Shown: positions 12,613 through 26,708 of the stretch, piece after piece
How positions within the stretch are numbered: the stretch's first letter is position 1
How the letters are laid out: each line of letters begins with the position of its first letter
Assembly: GCA_943704425.1 (NCBI GenBank)
Contig: CALSCP010000307.1
Location: 6,318-70,317, forward strand
Length of the DNA: 64,000 nt
Reading direction: 5' to 3'
Origin: Ministeria vibrans ATCC 50519
Taxonomy: Eukaryota > Protista > Filasterea
Position numbers and translations under genes: made by a program
Notes under the pieces: generated by a model
Told to the model about the DNA's origin: nothing
What the model saw: the letters and a program-made list of their open reading frames with translations, nothing else
The model's database searches: none

Positions 12613-14336
12613 ATGTCCAACCTACTTGATCCCTATGCTTCCGACTACTGGTATGCGGAGCCGTGCAACACGCTGTCGGTGTTCAGTCGTGGAGCCCCTT
12701 TGCCCGTGTGGTACTGTCCGCGTCATGCGAGCGTTGGCCTGGTACGAACAATGGGGAAAACGAAAGTGGGGGTTTTTGTTTGTTGTGTGTCTCGCGTCGT
12801 GTCGTGTCGTGAGCGAGTGTGCTGCACTGTGGTGCTTGGTGTGTAGCAGCGCCGCATGGTGCGGCATGCGTGAGAATGGTTCTTCATGAATTGGCTGTTG
12901 GGTTGCACACTCGGCCTGTCCATTTGAGTCACACACCAGTCGCGAGTTCGCAGACCTTTCTCGCGCTCGTACGGCCCAGCACACCCATTGGCCGTCGAGA
13001 CTCGAGTGGATGCCGAAGAGCAGACGCTCGTTGCAGGAGTGGCGTCCTTGGAATCTCCTTGCGTTTGCCTGGAATGTGTGAAAATATGCGTCATCCGCAA
13101 GCGATAGCAACGCTCGTCCTGCCTGTCGCCACTGCACATGCAGTGCGACGATGCTATGCAGCAGGCTTGTCTGTGAAGAATCCGTCGTGTTGTGGCGTCT
13201 GGCTGACTCTTATCCTTGGGAATAAGCTTCTTTTGCTCTCTCTGGTATGAATGAATTATTACTAAATGGGGCGGGGTTTTTTGTTCGCAGGACCTCTGGC
13301 TTCTGGGCATTGGTGTGTCCTTTCTGGTGGTCTATTTATGTTTTCTGTTCATTTTGCCGACATTTCGGTTCTCCAAGGTTTGAAACACGGACGAAATGGG
13401 CATTTGTTATCATAATTGTATGGTGTATTTTTATTCCGCGTACAGCACACACTGCTCATGTATCTTGGCGTCGGCTTGGGTCTCTTTTTGGGCCTCACCA
13501 TCATGTGTACGTGAGAATATCCGTGCGCCACAGTCTGTTTTCTAATCATTATTTTGGGATTTGGATTCCAGTGGGACAATTTGGGTATGGATGGCAGACG
13601 GCTTCCGTAGAGACACTCACTGAGTATTCTGCGTCCAACAAGACCATACGTGCGCGTGTGGGCGTTCACATTGGTCTCACTGGTTTCAACGTTACTCTCA
13701 AAGGTCAGTTTGTAAAAAAAAAAAAAAAAAGTTGAATTTCAATTGACATTTTTTTTCCAAGGAATACCTGTGCGTCAGTACAACGAGACGATTGACTACA
13801 ACGAGCACTTTGATTATGGCCCCGATGCCGGCATTGGTATTGGCTATGCGGCGCCCAATGCGGGTGTTCTGCGCCAAGAGACGCGCGCGGCACACTACCG
13901 GGGTGCGCCTTACCCCATCCTGTACGTCCAAAAGGGAGAGAGAGAGAAGTGCACGTGGCCATGGGTGAGAACTAACGCGTATTTTGGGTTGTAGGTACAT
14001 TGTCGAGTACTTTCACTTTGACGTGCTGTTCATCAGGTGGGGTCGTTACTATCGGCAAGGCGGTTACTACGCCCAGATTTGTCTCTGGACGGCTTTTCCT
14101 CTTTGGTGCGACAGAACGTGAACAGACTTGCATCTCCTTGCCTTACATTGTTTCCTTTGTTTTCCAGGCTCATTGCGTGCTCTATGGTCTTTTTCAATCT
14201 TACCGTCTCGGCCTGGTGTTTTGTCTTAATGGGCGCGCTAATGGTACGGCGCATAGAAACTACGATCAGAGAGACGAGGGAGAAATAACTATAATAATAT
14301 TATTTTATTATTACTATTATTATTAGTTGTGATATG

Positions 14337-14377
<41 letters not shown>

Positions 14378-15982
14378 ATTTGTGACTGTGTGTTATTGTG
14401 AGTCTCTGTTCCACACGGGCTTTTTATTCACTCCTCCCTATAGATTATCGCCTGTGCGGAATGGGCCATTGAGATTGTGAAGCCACGACCAGACTTTATC
14501 ATTCCTTTTCCGGGCGGTGTGCTTCACTTTGAATATTCGTGGTGCTTCTACCTGACGCTGGTGGTGGGCATAGTGTCGCTGCTGATGGGCCTGGTCTTGC
14601 TCTATCTGGTGCACACGGGAGCCGCTGCGCGTCTTTTCTCCTACGCCAATGGCAATCCCATCAGCGAGACGTCCGCCAGCGGCGATGTCTACAAGGCGCC
14701 TCTGGACCGCTCGGCCGATCTGCACATGTCCAATGATGGCAGCATTGCCTTTGCGAGCTCCTCATTGCAGGTCCAGAGTAACTCAGACGTCCAAACACTG
14801 CGGCGCTACACGACCATCGCTAATCGACTCAAGACGCTGGTGGAGTTCCAAGAGCGCATTGCCACCATCAACGTGCTCACGCCGGCGCACGCGGGACTGG
14901 GCAAGAGCAGTATCTACGCTAAACAGCCCAGTCGCGTCGGCTACATGGGTCAGCGTGGCCCGTCCATGGCTAACACTCTGTCGGGCTCCGACGTCCATCA
15001 GCTGAATGTGCCTGTGAGCCGTCTCAGCTCGGCCAGTCAACCCCGGCAGCCCATGTCGTTCCACCCGTACGCGCCTCAGGAATCGCAGAACAGACACTCT
15101 GAGCAGTCCCACGACGCCGACACCGGCTTGGGTCTCTGGCACAATGCGTCGCGTGGCGATGGGCACCGACACCAGGCATCGCCTACGGGCAGCGTCAGTA
15201 GCCTTGACTTGGCTCTTATGAATGGCTCACGCAGCGGTCTGCAGATTGCCATTCCCATGAACACGCTTGCCTCACAGCCTCCCCGTCCACACTACCACGA
15301 CAGCGACGACCAACTCCGCACGACACAGAGTGTTTTGCTGCAGCGACAGCGGGATGCACCACCGCCCCTCGAGATGCATTCAAGTGGGCTGCTCGAGACA
15401 TACGACTCGAGTGCCATGTCCATTGGTAGTGCGGCCGGCGTGCACGGTCTTAAGGCAGCCCAGCTCGCAGCCATGGGTGTGGGTGCGCCGGGCAGGCGCA
15501 AACACTCGTCTAGCAGCAACACAAGCGCCAACCAAAACCACAATGTGTCACCTCGTGGTGGAAAGGTCCACCCGATGCGACTCTCGACGGGCTCCCTCAA
15601 CGAAGGCGGTCCTTTCGTCTCCGACCACAGCTCCGACCGTGTTGCCATGCGACCAGGTGTTGAAGGCGCCCGCCCTCGTGCTGGTCGCTCCTCCTCGTCC
15701 AGTGCCACACCGTCGTTGGCATCGCCGCGCGAGGTGCTTGCCGACGACACAGCACAGTCGCCGCGTCTGCTGCCCGGTCAGATTCCCTCGCCACTTGACG
15801 GTGGCAGCTCGGGCGACACCGACAGTGCTCTCCCTTCCAGTCCGAGCAACTCGCCGCAGGCTGTTTCAGACGAGTCCGGCATTCAACGAGGCGCCAACAG
15901 CGGAAGCGACGATACCATGGCGCCCAACAAAAAGGCTGGCGGCGCAGTGGGGTTTGCTGCGCCTGCCACAGTCGATGTGTGA
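12613..15982 (+). CDS. DUOXA: Dual oxidase maturation factor (DuoxA/NIP family) with a long low-complexity C-terminal tail; multi-exon, 5' exons approximate
   Basis: W..ASVETLTEYSA...[88 protein letters not shown] all match DUOXA signature segments. Confidence 0.9.
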
Positions 15983-16321
15983 TTTTCATTTTTTGTCTTC
16001 TGTTTTGTAAAAATTTGTTCGTGATTGATTACTTCAACACCCCAAAGAAAGAGCTAGGCTAAGTTAGTGTGAGTTACGTGTCTGCGACAATAACATTTAT
16101 AAATATTCTTATTAGGAAAATACATAGAGAATCGAGAGCTGTACTCAATGTCAAAACAAGCCAAATTTAGCCAATACACAAAACAAATTAGCAAGGACGT
16201 CAAAGAGCAGCACAATACTAAATACTTACATCGATAACTAACAATACTCGATCATGAACGAACTATTTAGAACCGGACTATTTTTCGAGTCATTATTTTT
16301 AATTTTTTATTGTATTTTGTC

Positions 16322-16578
16322 ATGGACGGAGAGCAGGGCAAAGAGCCGTTGACGCACGGCGCGACAAAGCCGTTCCCCAAGCACTGGGGCGAGCCACCGA
16401 TGATTCAGACGATGGACTACCGTCCGTACCCCGAGGGATACGGGAATGGTGCGCAATCCACTGAAATGCAAGTTTGCGCTCAACCCGACTGTTTGCATGG
16501 TGTGCAGGATCGGGAACGGTTGCACGGTGGATTCAAGAGAACATTGACAAGGATAAGGCCGCCGACGCTGCAAAATGA
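16322..16578 (+). CDS. Small 65-aa protein of unknown function (FPKHWGEPPMIQTMDYRPYPEGYGNGSGTVARWIQENID)
   Basis: ATG 16322, GT-AG intron 16449-16507, TGA 16576-16578. The 198-nt spliced CDS is in frame and lies in a GC-rich island inside an AT-rich spacer. Confidence 0.7.
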
Positions 16579-16676
16579 AGACGTACCTTCTGTTCGTGAG
16601 AATTCAGAAAAATAATTAGTACTGAATTTTTGGAGGTGGCAAATAGTAGAGTGTTCATTCATTTGGAGGATACGCG

Positions 16677-17528
16677 TTAAATACGCTTCACCAGCTCCTC
16701 GGCCGGCAGTCCTTCAAAGGCAATCTTGTGGATCACGGAGAAGAGGGGGAACTACAGATGCGGGATCAGTGGAGAAGGACACACACACACACACGCACAC
16801 ACACTCAGGGGACAGTACCTCATCCTCATGCTTGGCCTGCTTCAGGATGAGTTGCACTTCCAGACACGCCTCTGTGCCCTGCAGCTTCTGTCCGTTGAGC
16901 AGTTCCTCCTCAATTGCCGCCCAAGGCTTTCCAGTCTACGCCACTCTGATCAGCACGTGCATTGAATCGGGAGTGGGGGTTACTTTAACGAAGGCTTCGG
17001 CGCACTTGCGGTTTCGTCCGCCATTGCACGTTGTAATGAGATCAGCCACACCGCAGCTCTCAAAGAAGATGTCGCTGCCAGATATTTATACAGTATAGAG
17101 GAGGAATAGGGAGAAAGAGAGAGAAGAGAAAGAAACAAAGTTTGTGTGTATGTGCGTGTGAGAGTGTGTGAGAGAGGACAGGAAGGAGAAGAAAAAAAAA
17201 CAAAAACGGGGAAGGAAAAATAAGGGAGGATGAACGAAGCAAAGTGACATAGAGAGGGGAGAAAGATGAAATGTATGGGCAAGCGCAACACATACACACA
17301 CAATATAATATATATATTTATATACTATACGTACCGGTGCTCAAGGGTGTAGTGGAGGCGGACAAACTTGATCATCTCTTGCAGCCCAATGCGGATGATG
17401 GCCGCCTTGGTGTTGTCGCCGTAGCCCAGGCCATCCGAGAAGCCGGCACCCAGCGCAACAATGTTCTTCAGTGCACCGCACAGCTCCACAGGCGCAACCT
17501 ATCATAACAGTGATGTTAACAGTGAGCA

Positions 17529-17563
<35 letters not shown>

Positions 17564-18498
17564 AATCCTAACGCTTTCTGACCTCCGAGACGACGGCAAC
17601 GCGGAAGTACGGGCGCGTAAGCATCTTGAGGTACACGTCGCGCATATCGGCGTCACGGCAGCCAACAGTTGTCTCGCAGAAGTGCTCGTCGGCGACCTCG
17701 TGCGCAATGTTGGCGCCAGACAGCACCGACACTGGGATGCGCAGGTGGTCAGCCAGGATCTGCGACACCAGCTGCAGCCCGTTGCTCGTGTCCACACCCT
17801 GTGGCGCACCGTACATTTTCAATACAGGTGACTGTCTTCCATCCTTGTGGCGCGTACCTTGATGAGAGAGAGCGCATGTGCCGTGGGCTTCACATGTCCT
17901 TCGAGCTGACCGCAGAGTCGCTTCACAAACTGATGAGGCACAACCCACACGAGAATGTCCGCGTCCGCTACCGCCTCAGTCAGCTCGGGCACCGCAACAA
18001 TGTTCTCGGGCAGCTGGCGACCAGGCAGGTACTTGACGTTCTCATGCTACACAAGAGAAGGCACGCAAGCAGTCAGGAGGGCTGTCGGTGTGGTGTAATG
18101 TCATGTCATGTCTTGTCATGTCATGTCGTACGCGAGTGTTGATGATCGTCGATAGCTTCTCGCCATCGACAATTTCCTCATAGACATACATGCGCACCTA
18201 GAAGAACATACGTCGTGCGCGCAGACGTCGGATGAGTGCGGCACACACAGCAAAAACGCGCGTGATAAAAAAGGCGTGATTTGGATTTCCCTTTGGAAAA
18301 ATCGCAATGGAACTCACCTCTCGCTCAAAGGTCTCAGGGTGCTCCAGCGCGTTTGCGCCAATGATTCGGGAGATGGCTGATCCCCTACACAGACGCACAG
18401 ACGCGCCCACGCGCCCGCACATCGTGAGTTTCGGGACGACTGAACTGGGGATGGGCGTACCAATTGCCGCTTCCAATAATGGCCACTCGATACGGCAT
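16677..18498 (-). CDS. GPD1: Glycerol-3-phosphate dehydrogenase [NAD+]; multi-exon
   Basis: [101 protein letters not shown]. Confidence 0.95.
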
Positions 18499-18736
18499 TC
18501 TGATCACTAACTATACTACTATACCGGTTTTGTTCGACACTAACGGTTACGAAAGAAGGAAAATCGGTGAGAGACCAACTGGATTTCGCAGACTGTGCAA
18601 TGGATCATGGACACTCGTCACTCTAACAACACTCTCTGGATCCAAAACTCCAAAATAATAATATAATATTCATTTTCTTTTTATAAGACACTTTGTTGTT
18701 GCCGGCTTCCTGATACGTTTTGAACCATTTCACAGT

Positions 18737-19604
18737 ATGGGAGGCAGCGAGAAGAAGAAGAAGAAGGACAAGGAGCCGAAGACGCCCGAATCGACTCCCA
18801 TGAAGGTGGACAAGGCCGACGACGAGCCCGAGGTGCCCGAGCTTGACTACGAGGTCCTTGTGGGAAGAGTAAGGCGGCCCGTTTGAGCCTGGCGAATGCG
18901 ACACGCTCCATTTTGAGAAATGTTGGCAAATGGGTTTTTTTTGCTCGTGTCCCTCTCCCTCTCGCCTTCCGCGCGCGAAATCAGCGCTGCTTGAGCCGTC
19001 CACGCACGGCGAGGTAGCCACCGGGGGCGTACTGTTGCCGACTTGCTCTGCGCGTCGCTTGCGTCTCCTTAGCAGCGAATCTTTTTCGCTCATCTTTCTT
19101 TTTGTCGTAGGTAAATGCCATTGCGACCCCTCTGGCCAGCAAGAAGCTGACGAAGAAGACTCTGAAGTCGGTGAAGAAGGGTAAGCATGGCCGATGACAG
19201 CGTGTCTTCGTACTCTTGTCTTGGCTCTTACTTTTTTCTCTCGTTCAGCTGCCAAAGCAAAGAGTCTGCGCCGAGGCGTCAAGGAAGTCGTCAAGGCACT
19301 GCGGAAGGGCGAGAAAGGGTACGTCGTGGATGTGCCAGGTGAGTGACGCGCCTTGTCTGACCTTGTGTTCGCCCTCTGCAGGTTTGTTGTGATTGCAGGC
19401 GACATCAGTCCGATCGACGTCATTTCCCATCTGCCTGTGCTCTGCGAAGACTCAAACACCCCCTATGCGTATGTTCCGGCAAAGCAGTACCTGGGTGCGG
19501 CGGGCGGCACCAAGCGGCCCACGTCGTGTGTCATGGTCAAGAAGAGCAAGGAGGTCGACAACTACAGCGAAGTCCGCGACGAAATCAAGGCTCTCACCAC
19601 CTAA
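18737..19604 (+). CDS. NHP2: H/ACA ribonucleoprotein subunit 2 (L7Ae family)
   Basis: NAIATPLASKKLTKK, LRRGVKEVVKALRKGEKG, IAGDISPIDVISHLPVLCED, LGAAGGTKRPTSCVMV. Confidence 0.95.
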
Positions 19605-19978
19605 TGTACTATAAAGAAATCAAACGGAGACTTTTGTTGAAAAACAGAAAGTCAATAGCCATAAGCCACAGCTGTATCGCACTTGTATGTTGTTATTTCT
19701 TTGAGATGACGAGATCTGATAAGTGATTTCGGTTCTGCCGACGATTCCTCATCTGAATCCAAAACAAGGAGTCCTAAGAACGGTGTTTTTTGTTTCTCTC
19801 ACTGGTGAGTGGTGTAAGGTTAAAGATACGACGTCCTACAGTCCTACTCGCTCAGTCACTCACTGGCGTATGTTTTACGAGTTGAGAGGGTTTGACTTTA
19901 ACTGATTAGTGTTAAAACTTAAAATTAATATTATAATATTAAATAAATATTCCGTCTGATTAAATATTTTTTTTCGAT

Positions 19979-22900
19979 ATGGATTTTATCAAAGCCAAGG
20001 CGGCGCTGGCGCCGCACCTGCCACTCCTGCTGAGCTCAACGTCCAACGACGAGTCGCCCACGCCGGGCTACATGTTGCCCGACATTGCCAGTACGTCTCT
20101 CCCGCCCTCTGCGGGCCCCGCCGGCCTTCCTTCTCGCCCCGCAGCCACCACACCTCCCTCGTCATGCCCATCCTTCCTTGACACTCCGCGTCTCGCCTGA
20201 TTTTGTCTGGAAGAGAGCGCAAAACTTTTTTTTTTAATCTCTCATGACTCTCTACAGAACTGACCAATGTGTCCGTCGTGCTGTGCAACGAAGTTGAAAA
20301 CTTCTACATCAAGCGAGTAGACAAGGTGAGTCGGCCTTCCGCCTGCGTTCTCTTCACGCGAAACCACCAAAAAAAAAAGAAAAGAAAAAAAAAACGCAAC
20401 AAACCTTTTTTTTTCTTTATCGTTTGGCCATTCTTTGTCGATGTTTTCCTCCGCCACTGGCTCCTATCCGTGATCATGGTCAAGGATCAATATGCCGTGT
20501 CCAGGGAAAGCGTGCCAGATTGTGCGATTGATCCGCTTTGTCCTTGTTGATAGAATTCATGCAATGTCAAGCTCAAGGCATTGCGCATTCTCAAGTACCT
20601 TGCCGAGCACGGACACTCCTCCGTGAAGAGAGATCTCACCATGCACACCGACGCCATCAGTCAGGCCATGAGTACGGACTACAAGTCTCACACACCACCT
20701 ATTCATTCGGTTGTGACCCCTCCCTCTTATAGAGTTTCGTGGTCCTGGTCATCCTGTTCATGGCGACGGTCCCAACCAGATGGTGCGCACAGCTGCGTCA
20801 GAATTGATGGAGCTCATCAACGACGCCATTTCAGCGGGCCCGCAGCAGCTGAAGTACACGGGCGGCAGCTCGTACGGCCAACAGCAACAGCAGCAACAGC
20901 AGCAGCAGTATCAACATCAACAGGGCGGTGGCTCGCAAGGTCAGGGCCAGCGCAGTATGAGTAGCGCTGGCCCACCGCCCCTTGGCACCGGTCGATACAT
21001 GGAAGGCATTGGGAGCTCGCCTGTGCAACAACGTAAGTGATATTATTGCAATTGATTGAACATGCATCTGATGAGAGTCTCAATAGAGCCTGCGTCGCTG
21101 ATGGATCGTTTCAAATCGGTGATTAACACGGACGGGCGACGACAGTCCTCGCCAGGAGGAGAAATGCATCACCAACACAACGGAGCGTATCAAGGGGGGC
21201 CATGGCGACCCGCAAGCACAGCCAGTCCCACTTCTGCTGGGGGGGGTGGTGCAAGCTACCAGCCCAGCGCATTCCCTGCCCCGTCATCTTACGCCGTCAA
21301 GAGTGAGCCGGTGCCCCTTGACGAAGGGTAATGTTCTGTTTTATATTTTGTTTCCATTCATCGTTCTTCCTCCTCTCATCGCTCCATTTCTGAAACCTGT
21401 TCTCTTTTACTTTTTCACTCATTTTCACTTTCTCGTTTTTTTAATCACCCTTTTTGTCTGTTTTCTTTTTCTCCCTTTTTTTCCTCAGTCACCATCACGA
21501 AGAGCGTCTTGTCAATGAAATCACTGCTCCAGGTGGTGTTAAGGCTGCGCCTCCTCGCGACCAGCTCAACACATTTGTCAAGCGCTGCGCCAGCCTCGAC
21601 TGCAACCACATTGCCCAGCTGCTCATTGACAAACTCAACATGGTACAAGCATATTACTGCTACACGTGCATGCCGACTGGGACTTTGTTCCGCTCACCTT
21701 GTGTTCTTTTGCTCTTTTTTTTGGGTAGGAGGACGGCGGCACGTCCAACTCAGTCAAGACACGCTCACTGTTTGTGGTGGAGGCACTGCTGCGGTCAGAC
21801 ATTGTAGGCATTGAGACATGTCTTTCCAGTATGCGCAACACACTGGAGCGCCTGAGTAGTCTGGGTGCGAGCTCCGGTGCGTCTCAAGCTGTGTGCGACA
21901 AGGCTCTCAAGGTCCAGCTTGCACTCGACCGTGCCATTGAATCATCCGCTCCCTCAGCCTCTCCCGCTGTTCCCGTTGCTTCCACTTCTGCTCCCACACC
22001 TACGGTCGCTCCCACTTCGGCAGGAAACATCTTAGACCTCGATTTTGATGTGTCTTCTGTGGCTCCCGCTGACACCGCTTCGGCCCAGTCGCTTCTTGAA
22101 GGCATGAACCTTAGCACGTCCACTCCCACCGCCACCACCAATGCTGCGTCCGCTCCTCCTTCAGGCTACGACATCGACCGCAGCCTCTTTGATTTGGACG
22201 ACTCCACTCCCGCCACTACTGCTGCTCCCTCAACCGGCAGCATGTTCTCCAACATGAACGTTTCACAACAGAGTCCATCTGCCGCGCCCACCTCTTCAAT
22301 GTTCTCAAACATGACAGTAACTCCCACCACCACCACCACCACCACCACCCTTCCTACCACTGCTCCTCCTGCAACCACCTCCAACATGTTCTCCAACATG
22401 ACGGTTGCACCCGCAAGCGGTGCTGCCGCCCCCTCCTCCAACGGTGGTGGCATGTTCTCCAACATGAATGTGAGTGCCTCGCCTTCCCCAGCAGCTTCCG
22501 CACCGTCGGCCGTCGCCTCTGCCAATTTTGATCTCCTTGCCGGTCTTGACCAATCTAGCGTCTCCTCCTCCTCCAACACCTCTCTTCTCGACCTCATGTC
22601 TGTCTCACGCAGCTCCGTCGCGTCTTCCTCAAATTACTCTTCCCTCATGGGAGTCGCCACGCAGCATCAGCAGCAGCAGAGTCCCATGATGATGCCACCG
22701 CAGCAGCAACAGCAACAGCAACAACACCCAACACAGCAGCGAGTAAGTTAAATTTCACATCTCATCATTTTATCACACAATATTTTTCTCTGTAACTTGT
22801 GTTTCTCCCTATGACTTTGTTTCACTCTATCGCTTTCTCCTCTCCCTCTCAAACTCACACCTCATCATATTATCGCACATTATTTTTCTCTGTAACTTGT

Positions 22901-23195
22901 GTGTCTCCCGATGACTTTGTTTCTCTCTTCCCCACTCTATCGGTTTCTCCTCTCCCTCTTAAACTCACATCTCATCATATTATCACACTTACTCTCTCTA
23001 ACTTTTTGCTAGCCCAAGTACACAGGCGGTATGGGCATGACTACACTCACTCCCACCAGCTCTGCTCGCCCGGCGGCATCCCCCGACACAAAGAGCACCT
23101 CTAGCAGCAACAGCAGTGGTTTTGGTTTCCTTTCCAGCGGCAAGGCCGACTCGTTTTCCTTTGTCGCAGACCAAATGCAGGCCAGCAAAAAGTAG
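19979..23195 (+). CDS. TEPSIN: AP-4 accessory protein tepsin (ENTH and VHS-like domains); multi-exon
   Basis: TSNDESPTPGYMLPDIA, VKLKALRILKYL, FRGPGHPVHGD..NQMVR, YMEGIG, EERLVNEITAPGGVK, C-terminal GFGFL/SFSFV motifs. Confidence 0.85.
22756..22990. repeat. About 2.2 imperfect tandem copies of a ~100-110 bp unit in the last tepsin intron
   Basis: CTCATCAT..TATC..ACA..TATTTTTCTCTGTAACTTGTGT..ATGACTTTGTTTC..CACTCTATCG..TCTCCCTCT.AAACTCACA recurs. Confidence 0.8.
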
Positions 23196-23307
23196 AGAAA
23201 AGAGAGAGAGAGAAGGGAAGAAAGAGAGAACGAGAGAAAGAAAGAAAAAAAGAATGAAAGAGAGAGATAGGCTTCAAACTTTTCAAGTTTTAGTTTGCTA
23301 CATCATA

Positions 23308-23780
23308 CTACACGTTTTTCAACTCACTTTCCATTTCCATACGAGCGTGCATGAGACCCATCACGTCAGTGCCGGGCAGTCGTTCGGCAACGCGCAGCGC
23401 GCTCTCTGCCTCCACACGTCGTCCCAGCCGCATGAGCACACGCCACTGTGCCAACCAAGCGACGCCACACTCGCCATTGTGCTGGTGTACATCCGCCAAT
23501 GACTGCAGTGCTCCTTCCAGGTCACCCGCTCTCTCCTGTACCCGTGCCAGCACAATGCGCATCCCCATATCCCACTTCCAGTGCTTCACACCGCGTGCAA
23601 GCACCTCCAGCGCATCCACTGAGCGCCCTTCGTCCATCAGCGTCTCCCCCAGCCCCGCCACTGCCACACCACTCTCTCCCGCGTGCCTCTCGCTCTCCCC
23701 TCGATACACCTCTTGACGAAACACACTCGACGTGCGCTCGTCCCGTGACCGCTCAGCCTTTCGCAGTCGCTGGGTACTCC

Positions 23781-23829
<49 letters not shown>

Positions 23830-24240
23830 GGTGTAAGTCGGTGTCGAGTAAGCACATATTGGGGTATACGGGTGACGGGCGCAGGCGAGAAGACGGACAC
23901 AGACGATCCCATTTCGTCGTGAATGGTCATGTGGTGCCAACCTTCGGGAACTATGAGGTGATAGAATAAAAAAAAATAAAAACAAAAACAATAAGCTGTT
24001 TTCGTACTGAAAATTACATCCCCTTTCTCTTGAGTGCACTCGAGCGGACGTGGAACATCTGCCGAGCGCAGAAAACGTTCGAGCCAGGAAAGATGACCGC
24101 GTTGCAGCAGACCAGGACATTCAAGAGGTGGGGTGAGCAGTGTGGGTGGGTACATGAACCAGCGCTTTACGCCGGACATGGCAATGTTCATGGCCAGATT
24201 GTGATCGTGAAAGGCAACTGCGTAGCATAGTGTAAAAGTG

Positions 24241-24286
<46 letters not shown>

Positions 24287-24794
24287 GTCAGTGAACTGCA
24301 TACGTACCTCCAGAACGGGGTGCAGCAATCATTATGACGTGCTGCCAGTGGGCAGAGAGGGACTTGAGGGCGGCAGGCACAGTTAGTGTGTCGAGCAACT
24401 CTGATAGGGATATTTCGAGAAATTCGGGCGGTACATACAGCATGAGATCTTCGCCCTGTTCCATGCGATGCATAGCATGACCCAGACGCACTTCCTCGCG
24501 TTCAAGGGCGCCGGTGGAAGAGCCCACTTGCACAAACAGTCGACCATACGTTTGCTTGATCGCAGCCAACGACCATCGGTGCGCTGCGGACGCCGACACC
24601 CACGACGACTCGCGTATTCTAAAGGGCTCCCCTTGCGCCACCAGCGAAGCAAGAACCGCGTCGCCTACATCGCCGTACACCGTCTCAAAGTCGCATGGTC
24701 GAAACGCGCGCTGTCTCGTCCATGTCATGAGCAAGAGCGCAAGCAGCGCAGTTCCTCCTAAGCACGCCCGGCGGCTACACTGGATTCGACGCAT
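23308..24794 (-). CDS. JmjC-domain protein (JMJD8-like) with N-terminal signal/TM segment and C-terminal TPR-like helices
   Basis: Hydrophobic GGTALLALLLMTW, SGVAFHDH...GVKRWFMYPP, PLECTQEKGDVIF-VPEGWHHMT, then LARVQERAGDLEGALQSL / VLMRLGRRVEAESAL. Confidence 0.75.
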
Positions 24795-25119
24795 TGTGTC
24801 ATGTGTAGCAAACGGGAGTTGCGAAGGAATTGAAATGATATTTATTTAATGATTAATGAAAAGTTATTGAAAACAAAAATTAATCACGAAAATGGCAACA
24901 CAAATTGTGTGTGTGTGAAACAACTGCGATCCTAATCACTTTCAACGAATAGTATAATATTAATAATAGGAATATAAATAGAGAATCAAGAGCTGTACTC
25001 AATGTATATAGAAAACAAGGAGCAGCACAATACATATTATTATTGAAGATCTTGAATAACTTGATACATTATTATATTTTTATTTGCCAAGGACGTACGT
25101 ACAATTGACGTATCGTATG

Positions 25120-26524
<1,405 letters not shown>

Positions 26525-26708
26525 TGTGCGCTATGTGTCTCGCGTGTGAGCTGTAACGTGTCGATGTGGCTCAACCTGTCTATTCTGCGATGTGGGCGCC
26601 AGTGAATAATTAATCTAAATTCTAAAATTTTATAATAGTTAGTTACGTTACTTCGCGTCACCTTTGCGTCAGGCACCAGGAGCAACAGATTCCATAGAGT
26701 CGACAGTT

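Noticed and set aside
19700-19870. Possible C/D snoRNA (ATGACGA…CTGA) or tRNA-like hairpin downstream of NHP2
   Set aside because: Box C is imperfect, I found no convincing rRNA complementarity, and there is no cloverleaf or T-loop.
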